Source: Octopus vulgaris
Taxonomy: Eukaryota
Direction of reading: 5' to 3'
DNA length: 64,000 nucleotides
Assembly (NCBI GenBank): GCA_951406725.2
Contig: OX597815.1
Span: forward strand, 90,830,001 to 90,894,000
In this document: positions 53,521 through 64,000 of the stretch, piece by piece
Numbering within the stretch: the first letter of the stretch is position 1
How the letters are laid out: every line of letters starts with the position of its first letter
Program-made: the position numbers and the translations under genes
The notes under the pieces: model-generated
The model's input: the letters and a program-made list of their open reading frames with translations, nothing else
Databases searched by the model: none
What the model was told of the DNA's origin: nothing

Positions 53521-54739
53521 ATTTTCTTTTGAAGGTTTAGATAAGGGGGAGTTTCGAACAAAAGGGATCGTAAAAGGAGAGAAAGAGGACAAAAAAAAGG
53601 GGGGTTTAAAAAAAAGGGGGGAGGAAAAAAAATTGATCAATAGGGATCGTTATCACAGAAATGTCAATATGAAGTGTAAAGGGGAGGACAGGTGAGGTTT
53701 ACCCGTGCAAAGAAAAGCCTACGGAAAAGACCACGGTAACCTCGGTCAATGATGTCACATTTTATATTTCTTTTTTGCAAATAAGCAACTCTCTGTTTTC
53801 GATTTCAGTGGGTTCATAGGACTATGCTCAAGGTGGCTTCGTCATTCATACGTGCCATTCTTGCTACATTCACCCATCTTTTTTTAAAACATTCGCTAGA
53901 CAAAACTTGCCTCTCTACTCTCACTTTCCTTTTCAAGTGGTACTTGAAGAAGTTGATGAGAGATTGACCAGAGAGGAAAGTGTTTGTCTCCAATCCTTTC
54001 AGACGCGTCCACCAGATACATTCTTTCGCCATAGCCACAAGGATGATGAAAATAGCTCTTCCTTCCCGTTTGAAGGAAGGAGGCGTGACAATATTGACGA
54101 TAGACTCAGCTGATAAACCGACTCGTCCCACACGTGACAGCAGTTGTTCGACATAAGCCCACAGGTCGGAAATTGTTGGACACTGAACGAGTGCGTGCAG
54201 AACGGTTTCGTCGCTCTGACCGCATCTCGGGCAGGTCGGCCCCGTGTTTCTCGAGCCGTGTCTGTAGAGCTTATCCCGAACGGGTAGCGCTTCTCGGTAG
54301 CACTGCCAGGCCAGGGATCTCTGGAAGTTGTCCATGGGCCCTGGCCCGAAAGTCGTCCTGAACAGGCGGGTCAGGTACTCCTCGTCGACGTCCAGGTTCG
54401 CCCCGAGCTCGTCGTCGTACCTCCCCTCCACTAAACCCCTATAGAATGATTTGGTTGTGTTGAAGTCACTTAAGGTCGACCCAGGACGGCAGAGTTGCTT
54501 GAGAGCAACGCGACACTCGCGGTGCCATTCGCCCTTCCTCGGCCTCTTTTTGATCCACGACTGCAGTTCGGTCATGGAGACGAGCTGCGGGAAAGCGTGC
54601 CTCACAAACGGCGACCACACCTGTTCACCGTCGTCTACATAGAGCCAGAGATGCCGCAGTCTCAGCGCGTGTCTGCGCATCATCAACCACGGCATGCCCA
54701 GCCCTCCTTTTAACGGGTGTTGACAGCAAATGGATCGCC
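53521..54739 (-). mobile_element. 5'-truncated Tx1/L1-clade LINE inserted in (GATA)n
   Basis: About 308 uninterrupted codons (54739 to 53814): GGLGMP, LAW..ALPVRDKL, zf-RVT CPRCGQSDETVLHALVQC; ~290-bp 3' UTR; (TAGA)n on both sides. Confidence 0.92.
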
Positions 54740-54792
<53 letters not shown>

Positions 54793-55636
54793 GATGGATC
54801 GATCGATCGATCGATCGATCGATGAATGGATGGACATGTGGCATTTGCTTTCATTACTTTAGTCAATCATCCTTATATTCTTGGTTCAAATTCTACAGAA
54901 GTCAACTAATCAGCTTGCAACACTCGATAAATGACAGACAAAACTTGGTATCGATTCGTTCAAATATTATAGGTAGAAATAAGAGTTATTCATATTGGCA
55001 CCATAAAAAGTTACTTTGAATGTTATTTACGGTTATCAGTAATTTAGGTAAAATAATATATGGTAGGTAGACTGGATAAACTAATTAGGCAAGCAACACA
55101 CTATTTTTTTCACATCACTGATTTGTATAGCTGGTATATTTCATAACATATTTAGTTAAGGAGGATCGAAACGTAGTTATATGAAATATTGACAATGATT
55201 GTATTGCAGAAAAATACAAACATATACAGAAAGTAATAAGTTCCTGAAATTCTGACCCTAGCGCAAAATTTCGTGATGCGAAATTAATTTTCCTAATGAT
55301 TTTCGTATTATAAAGTGACATTATGTTCCTACTGACTTATTCGAAAAAATAAAGGACAAGAAAACAACAGAAAACAAGCAATTTCTAAAGGTACGTGGTA
55401 CAATATAGATACATAAATACACAAAAAGTTCAAAAGGAATGCATTAGAGAATTAATAAAAGTTGTAATATCGTAAGGGTACATTCTTACCACAAAAAAAG
55501 TTGGCTACAGTTGAGTGGATTTAGAATGAGCGTTACTGGGAGGATGACAGACAACTTTTACTATCTTACAATTCACTATCTTATAGTTTACGATCTTATA
55601 ATTTGCTATCTTATAGAAGAACTTATCCAAACTTGT

Positions 55637-56067
55637 TTACGATGCATCATCTTTTGGTACAATATTATGTCTGACACTGTTCCTTTCTACCGCACGACAG
55701 GAAACGTTTATAGACAACTTTTTGAAAAGGTTCTCAGTCATCCATGCCTTCTTCTTTGAATGCCAAATCAAAGGTAGACTAAATTTCATGTGAATCTTGA
55801 AAGCCCTTGTATTTTCGGAGTGATACGTGAGTAAGGGTTTTAATTTCATATTACCAGGAGTATTTCCTCCCATCAGAAGTGTCAGACGATTTTTCGAAGC
55901 TTTAAATCCAAATATCGATTTTGCGTCTCGAGAAATAAAAGTTCTTGCAGGCGGGCGCTTCTGAAAAAGTGCAGTTTCGTCAACATTGTAAACCTGCTCT
56001 AGAGTGTGCATCCCCGTTCAGCAATCAATTACTTAACTGCTCAGAATAATTAGTAGCAGCCTCTGTA

Positions 56068-56124
<57 letters not shown>

Positions 56125-56530
56125 ATGTATGTCCAAAACTTTGATAGTTTTTCAAATCGTTAACTATATTCTTTGGAAGTTTCACCGAAATCCTGTTTCC
56201 TGCAACTCGTCATATAAACGTTGGGTATTTTAAAAAATTATCTTCGTGTTTATCGGGACATTACGCCGATTCTGATCCTCGATCATAGTCATTTCATTTT
56301 AAGTATTACATTAGATCTATGGAAAAATAAGATCCTGGCAGTTAAGAGAGTAGCTTGTTGAGCACTTAACACTTTTCTCTGTTTTCACGTATTGTTTCCA
56401 CTGTAGAGGTTGCAAGATTTAATATTTTGACAATATAACTTAGTTTCTCTCCCGAATCAAGTCTTTTTAAAGCATTAAGTTTAATATCAAGTGTAATCCC
56501 TTTACTGGTTCCTTTTCGCACTATTGCATT
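55637..56530 (-). mobile_element. Tigger/pogo (CENP-B-like) transposase relic
   Basis: HTH ITLDIKLNALKRLDSGEK..LATSTVETI (~56370-56520), EDQNRRNVP (~56255-56280), QVYNVDETALF..GFKASKNRLTLL..KKAWMT (55720-56011); interrupted by (GT)n at 56073-56123. Confidence 0.88.
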
Positions 56531-56596
56531 CAGTTCTACTGGGTAGCTTAATTCCAGGCATCTTAAATTGAAGTTAAATCCAACAGCAACGGTGAT

Positions 56597-56621
56597 TATA
56601 TATATATATATATATATATAT

Positions 56622-56676
<55 letters not shown>

Positions 56677-56685
56677 TGGATAGAT
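56597..56685. repeat. (TA)n(TAGA)n microsatellite
   Basis: Direct reading. Confidence 0.95.
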
Positions 56686-57423
56686 AATAATGAAAATGAC
56701 ATGAAACGGTGGGCTGGGAAAGATAAAGTACTATATGATTACAGTTAGCTGAAGAGTCACCAGATTTTATAGGCAATTCGCCCCTTGCGCTTATGACTCA
56801 ATACATAGGCACACACACACGCTCGCACACACACACACACACTCATACACAAACACTCATACACACACGCGTACACACATAGACACACGCACTCATGCAG
56901 ATACATGTGTTGGTGTACATACTGATATCTGCTGTAGCTAGTTGGATTAAAAAGCTGATCGGTTGGTAGTGAGGATGATGTGGGTTGAATTGGTTTAGTT
57001 GTTAGTGATAGTGGATTGTTGTTGTGGTGGTCATATTCTTCTTGCTAATTGTATCATAGCGGCTGTTTAGTTTGACGTCAATCTTCACAGACTTATGATC
57101 AAAGACATTTCATTGAACATTTAAAATACTCTAGGATATCACATTATATGTTTTTATTTCAAATGGATTTGCTTATCTACTTCGTACAATATATTACTGA
57201 TGCTGTTGGTGGTTGTGTTGGTGTGGTTCATAGAAACACTCATGCACGTATACGTACACACATGGGTTTGTGTGTGTGTGTGGTGTGTATAGACGTGTAT
57301 ATATATATATGTATATATATATGCGTGTTTATATATGTGTGTATATATATGTATGTGTGCGATTGTGAATGTGTGTATGTGTAGATATACACACATTATG
57401 TACATTATATATATACATACGTG

Positions 57424-57478
<55 letters not shown>

Positions 57479-57654
57479 ATGTATGTCCGTACCATGTTGA
57501 TAGTTTTTCAAATCGTTAACTATATTCTTTGGAAACGCGAAATCCTGTAACCTGTGGCAGCCGTAGCGTGAGGAATGCCTGTGTTTATTTTCATAAATCA
57601 TACGTTTTTATCTTTCTTTATAACATGCAATCTATTCATTTTTGACTTATCAAA

Positions 57655-57687
<33 letters not shown>

Positions 57688-57689
57688 GT

Positions 57690-57891
57690 TGATTCGTTAG
57701 CTACTGCACGCATTATTTTTCTCTCCTTCTTTCTGTATTTTTCTCTCTCTGTGTATCTTTCTGTTGAAGAGCGTAGGCTCGAAACGTTAAAGACTTGTTT
57801 TATTTATATTTCCTGAGCGCCATACTAATACAATTGTTCGTTTGTTTTCCACCTGCCTTCGTCTTTTGTTTATTTTCATAAAGCTTCCCGT

Positions 57892-57893
<2 letters not shown>
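57690..57893 (+). mobile_element. PLE pseudo-LTR fragment with hammerhead-like motif, in (TA)n
   Basis: Homologous to ~59120-59253 (gaagagcgtag..ctcga.acgt.aa; acctg..ttcgtctttt); (TA)n flanks. Confidence 0.7.
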
Positions 57894-57947
<54 letters not shown>

Positions 57948-57972
57948 TAGATAGATAGATAGATAGATAGAC

Positions 57973-58037
<65 letters not shown>

Positions 58038-58051
58038 TATCTGCGTGTATG

Positions 58052-58092
<41 letters not shown>

Positions 58093-58117
58093 ATATATAT
58101 ATGTGTGTGTATGTATG

Positions 58118-59250
58118 TAGGGGCAAGCCGCACTTGTCCCTACCAGTCCAACATATACATCCTCACAGGTACCAATTATTATCCCTATCACATCAGTGAC
58201 TCCTTTACCTGCATTTCTTGCAACATCATTTACTGCATATCCTGCTCTTTCCGTCCTTCTCTGTACATTGATTTTAATGGGATACCGCTTGGCTGCCTGG
58301 TTCTCTGAACTCCTCCGAGATGTAAGACACACCCGGTCGTGTGCCATTTCCGCTCTACCGGTCATTCATTACAACACCTGTCTGTGTTCGGACTGTCTTT
58401 CCACAGGAGCCATCCGGACTTCCGCCTTCGCCATGAACAGGAATTAATTTTCTCTCTTCGCTCCTTTGCGCCAAAGGGGCTCAGCTCCCCTCTTCTCTTC
58501 ATCTGACTCCCCTCCTCTCCTCTCTTCAGCCCTACCCACCTCTCCTCTCTTGCTCTGACACCTATCACCTCTCTTCACTCCTACCCACCTTCTCCCTTCA
58601 TTGATACCTCCCTCTATCCCACCCTACCACCACATCCTCACCTCTACCCCTACATCCTCACCACCACATCTTCACCCCAAGCCCAGACCGCAACACTACC
58701 ACACCACCACACTACATCACACCACCCCACACCAATCCGTACATATTAGCTCTTGACTACTTCCCATCACTCGCACCATCATCCACACACCCAAATACTG
58801 CAGACGCACGCACACACGCACACATCTCCATGTCAAACTGACCACTTCCCAGCATCCGCACCATCATCCACACACCCACAGATTACAGACGCACACACTT
58901 ACACAAGCACACATCCACACATCGAAGTCACCAGCCCACTCCACACGCACACACTTACACACTCTCACATACACACACTACATGCACCTTCGCTTTGGGA
59001 TCACCAGTACTTTATTAACTCACCTTCTTCCTCACTCTCCTGTCTAACTACCTTTGTCCAACCAGCAGCCATGATTTACCGCTAACTTCAAAAGTCGTTT
59101 TATTCTATCTTTGTTTATTGCATCGTGTTCCTTCCTGCTGAAGAGCGTAGACTCGAGACGTAAAAGGCTTTCTCACTTTCCCGGGCTTCAAAGTGATACA
59201 CCTACTTGTTGTTTATACACCTGGCTTCGTCTTTTTTTTCTTTAAATTTC

Positions 59251-59253
<3 letters not shown>
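58118..59253 (+). mobile_element. 5'-truncated Penelope-like element (Neptune-type GIY-YIG + pseudo-LTR)
   Basis: [29 protein letters not shown], then in the next frame [12 protein letters not shown] (cf. FTCxSxNVIYCIxC..YIG..RLxxRFxEH); pyrimidine-rich tail; hammerhead-like motif at 59130-59167; ends at (TA)n. Confidence 0.85.
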
Positions 59254-59295
<42 letters not shown>

Positions 59296-59642
59296 CGAGA
59301 TGAGATTAATAGACGCTAACAAGATTTCAGAGATTTTAGATATAACAATTTTCTCGTTACGAGATCAACTGCTGTCTGCCACTTCTCTGTTTATATATTG
59401 TATGTAGAAACGAGTGACTGCCATCTCTGGCAAGCAGGTGTCTAGTACTGATGAAAAGTAAAGACCCAGAAACCATTAACTAATAGCCTTGCCAAACTGA
59501 TTGATTCGCTACCTTACTCATAATATATCGGAGACAGTATAAAAATAACTGCTAAAAATAACACTACAGCCACTGAACTTAGCCAGGACGGACATGACTT
59601 ATCAAAAATATGTGTGTGTGTGTGTGTGCGTACGTGCGTGTG

Positions 59643-59699
<57 letters not shown>

Positions 59700-60524
59700 C
59701 TACTACTCTCTTTGAATTCCTTTCATTTCGATCTACTGTTTAATCTATATTGTTTTTACCCTGTCTTCCTCTACCTCCTAATCCTCTTTCTTATCTTCTC
59801 GGGTACTCCATGCATAATTTTTAGATACCATACACATATACACATTACCTTATCATATAGCCAATCCTTAAAATCCACCTACCACACTCTATCCACCCCT
59901 TTTCCTACTGCTTTTCTTTTCTCTACTTTTGCCAATTAACAGCTACATCTGCTACCATTCTGCTATTGAACGTTCATACGTTCGCGTCTTTTTCTTGCGA
60001 TGTCTACTATATAAGGACTTTAACCCACATGGAAATACGCAGGATTGCACCTAAAGACTTACACTCATGCACATATGCAGGTTTACACTTAAGGGCTCAT
60101 GCTTTGGTTTCTTCGGAAAGTTGAACTATGAACTTTTATGCATCTTTTTTCTTCTCTCTTTCCATCTCCTTATTCTTTACTCCCTTCCTCTATATCACTA
60201 TATCACTATATACCATTCTCCTTTTCCATATTTTTTATCTCCAATTTGTCTCTGATGAAGGAAAATCCCATATTCGGGGATATCTCAGAAACAGCTGTAA
60301 AATTTTGAATTTCTTCCTGTAATAATATCTTATATGACTTGAGATGTTTGCGTTGCATTAATGTTTGTTGTCCTCTTTAACAATTATATATCCGCTGCAT
60401 CGGAAATCTGGAATGGCTCCATAACTACCGTCTCAGCTATAACCTTGAAGCCCAGTAATCCGTTACAGCACTTCCCTAGCGTACCTAATCGTTTAGACCA
60501 CCTGTGAACTAAACCTCCATACTT

Positions 60525-60525
<1 letters not shown>
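59700..60525 (+). mobile_element. PLE-type pseudo-LTR with hammerhead motif
   Basis: CUGAUGA..GAAACAGCUGUA at 60252-60299; flanked by (GT)n and (TA)n. Confidence 0.55.
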
Positions 60526-60587
<62 letters not shown>

Positions 60588-61818
60588 TCCAAGAAGGAAT
60601 TCTGTTTACTGATCACAAATATAATTTCAGGTAATTGCAAATATACGTAATTTAATTGTTCATTTTGAATTGATAAAATGTGTTTTTTTCTAATTTATAT
60701 ATACGTATATTATATTTTGTGAAATTAGATTTAGTGAATTGAATTTGTTCCCTGTAAGTTAGAAATAATATTCCCTCAAATAATAATAATAATTATATAT
60801 ATATATATATATGTGTGAGTGTGTGCATAATATTATATATATATAAATTTATATGTATGCATGGATGGATGGATGAATGTACGTATGCATGCATGTATGT
60901 ATCTATGTGTGCATGTATATAAATCCCACTACAGTTGTTGCGACCGGAGTATGTTTCAAGAATGAGTTATTTGCTTTATGTACCGGACAGTCGCTACTTC
61001 ATTTAATACCCCTAAACATTATATACGTACACACATACACACGTACACATACGTATTCACACGTAGATATACAGACATATATCATATATCCTATGTCATA
61101 TGTAAATACGCACTTTCATATGTATATTATATGTGTGTATTATGTATATACACATATGCTAATAGATAAATAGATAGATAGATAGATAGATAGATACATA
61201 CATACATACATAGATAGATAGATACATACATACATACATACATAGACAGACAGACAGACAGACAAAGAGATATACATCTATGTGTACATGTTTGCATGTT
61301 TGCATATTATAGATGGAAAACGCCAATATCACATCCATATTTGTGTATATGCGTGCTTATACGTCTATTTGATTGTAACGAAAGAGCTTTATGAGGGCTT
61401 TTCATAAATCTTTCATCTTATTCCAAATAGCTTAATAGCGGTTTCCCTGCTCCGTCACTGCCAAGTAATTTCAGTGGTGTCTCTATGTTTTAAAATTATT
61501 TTACTGACTTCTAAAGATTTTGAAGATTGCTTCATTAGCCTCTGAAAATTTATACAACTTCTAGACCAATGCGGACTTCAAAATAATATACAGATAAAAA
61601 GGAAACCCAGAAGCAAAATAAATATGGTTGAAACAAATGCAAAAATTAAATAACATGTAATCTTAGTGTCCATGAAAATCAATGATAAGAAGACGCCATT
61701 CTTAAACTTGTGTATTCATTTTGTTTTGCAAATTGTGCATATCCATACATGTATAAATACACAAGCACACGCATACACACAAGTGTATATATATATATAT
61801 ACACACGCATACACACAA

Positions 61819-61870
<52 letters not shown>

Positions 61871-62153
61871 CAACAATTGAGGGTAAAATTAATTAATTAT
61901 TAATCAATTTCACCAAGTATTCAGTATGCAAAGGGACCATTTAAGGCGAATTCAAATTATTACATTATATAAAAGGGCTTAGTAAAATAAATTACTTTGC
62001 CACATACTGAACTCATTAGAAATAGTAGCCAAAAAAACTTTTTTTAAACTATTTCTAATACTTAAAGAAAATCTCTCTCATATAGTGTTTGCTCAATTCA
62101 ACTCACGAAAGTATGGGGGTAAAGACATTAAAAAATCAAATGCAAAGGTTATT

Positions 62154-62205
62154 TGAGAACGTACGTTTCTAGATTAGTCAACTCGACATTTTTATCATCA
62201 GCTCA
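62154..62205 (-). ncRNA. Type I hammerhead ribozyme motif (left arm, antisense copy)
   Basis: Reverse complement of 62371-62422 with one stem II substitution (uaaa vs uaga). Confidence 0.7.
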
Positions 62206-62370
62206 GAACTCCTTGGTTTGGATTTGAAAACACTGAAAGTGGGAGCATACCCTTTCGGCTTCTTATCGCTTCTGAAGATCTGCTCGAAACTAACAGTGCC
62301 AGCAAACCCAAAATATGCAAGCGAAGAATTTCTGCTCTCCCCTTTCCACCAGCGTGGAACCAAGGAGTTC

Positions 62371-62422
62371 TGAGCTGATGATAGAAATGTCGAGTTGACT
62401 AATCTAGAAACGTACGTTCTCA
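62371..62422 (+). ncRNA. Type I hammerhead ribozyme motif (right arm)
   Basis: Stem I ugag/cuca, core CUGAUGA, stem II uaga..gucga/uugac..ucua, GAAA, palindromic stem III ACGUACGU, GUU triplet. Confidence 0.75.
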
Positions 62423-64000
62423 AATAACCTTTGCATTTGATTTTTTAATGTCTTTACCCCCATACTTTCGTGAGTTGAATTGAGCAAACACTATATGAGA
62501 GAGATTTTCTTTAAGTATTAGAAATAGTTTTAAAAAAGTTTTTTTGGCTACTATTTCTAATGAGTTCAGTATGTGGCAAAGTAATTTATTTTACTAAGCC
62601 CTTTTATATAATATATATATATATATATATATACTAAATCTTAATTCATAATTCTAAATGAAATACATTCTTTATGCATTTCCAAATGCTGTAAGGTATA
62701 TTAGTAGATAACTAAGCTTATTTTCAGTTATTCAAAGGCCAAATAAGCATTCTCAGGAAAATGATTCGTGTGAAATTTCCTCTTAAATGCAGTCTTAATT
62801 TTCCACATGTTTACATATATGTTAACTTGTAGAAGATGATGTCTCATTGAAAAGGTTTACTGCAAATATACACATAGCAATGTAAAACTAATGTGTGTTT
62901 GTATGTGTGTGTGGGGGCATGCGTGTGTATATGTGTATCTGCGTTTGTGTGGTTTGTGTGTGTGTGTCTGTGTGTGTGTGTGCGTGTGCGTGAAGTGTTT
63001 TTTCTTTTCTGTGCTTCTGAAAGTTGTGACTCAAAGGCGCTACATGAAATGCATAAAATTTCATCAAAATTTGAGTTTATGGATAATATTGCCGCAGTAT
63101 AACGAAAGTCGAGTGACATATAATATGCGAAGAAGTACAAGGAAAACTGTGTCTGTAGAAGAAATGATCAATTTGTAACGGTTGCTGTTAGCAAGTTTTA
63201 TGCATTTTCTTATTCGACGTAGAACGTATTTCATTAGACATTCCTGTCTTCAACTATAGTGACCAAGTGAAGTATTGACTAGCAACTATTATTTGGCCAC
63301 CTAAGTGATGTGCTTCTATCTACATAAACAATAATTGCAAATGTTTCTGGTGTAAAGTACTGTTATATATGGCGTACTATTTTCACAGTGTGCCGTCTTT
63401 ATAATTTAGGTGGTACAACAGAACTTCACGGTGGGGGATTGAAGAAGTGTAGAGTAACTAAATGCTGTAATTTAGTTTCTAGTAAACTCACCCTCGATGC
63501 ACAAGCAAACATTCCTCTTATTTTACTGGAAAATATACAAAATTTCTTCCTGCAAGTAGTTATCGAATGCAGAATGTATTTTATTTCCTTTATGCATTAT
63601 CCCAAATAGACTAATGTACTGGTTCATATATATTTTGTATGCAAAAGCATCATTCACACTTTAAAGCTTATGTAAAACCATACTATGTTATCCCAGGAAT
63701 GGCTACAGTAGAGTATTACAGATGAAAGACTATTTTCTCTGCAGATTACTATGTATATCTGCTTCTTTCCCAATACAGAAAAAAATAACACGAACACGAA
63801 CTTTCTATTCTTTACTACACTGATATTAATTACAGGGAACTGTAGACAAACGAGAACATGACAGTAATTACAGTGTAAGCTCAGAGGAGCTTCGAGAAAT
63901 ACACACATTTTCAACTCGCGTTTCTTAACATTCCATTGAAAATATATTTATCTGCCAAAGATACTTTTTTATTATATTTTGATACAAAAAAACATTATTT

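Larger units (their letters stand above)
61865..62612. mobile_element. Fold-back element (inverted PLE-type pseudo-LTRs) in (TA)n
   Basis: 255-bp inverted arms at 61964-62218 and 62358-62612 around a 139-bp spacer; (TA)n on both flanks. Confidence 0.85.

Noticed and set aside
54740-54866. N-terminal 42 aa of the 350-aa ORF
   Set aside because: Read-through from flanking (TAGA)n/(GATC)n and unique DNA; not part of the LINE.

Overview
AT-rich, microsatellite-saturated metazoan DNA with no host protein-coding gene I can support; it reads as intergenic or deep intronic. The SINE families and repeat load suggest a coleoid cephalopod (octopus-like); that is inference. Nearly all long ORFs in the track are translated microsatellites. 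Real coding remnants all come from transposons: four stacked R4/Dong-like (RLE) LINE 3' ends in (TAA)n/(GAA)n, CR1-like and RTE LINE relics, a young Tx1-like LINE in (GATA)n, Penelope-like elements (PLEs), mariner and Tigger relics, and Helitrons. Four observations stand out. (1) A displaced 28S rRNA fragment stops exactly at the R2 cleavage site and joins a structured, non-rDNA sequence that looks like an R2 3' UTR. (2) Eight minimal hammerhead ribozyme motifs sit in PLE-derived, (TA)n-embedded elements, including a near-perfect 650-bp fold-back with one hammerhead on each strand. (3) A paralogous empty/filled site pair shows nested insertion into a (TA)n tract. (4) Different retroelement clades appear to occupy different microsatellite motifs. 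Coordinates were read by eye and edges are approximate unless stated.
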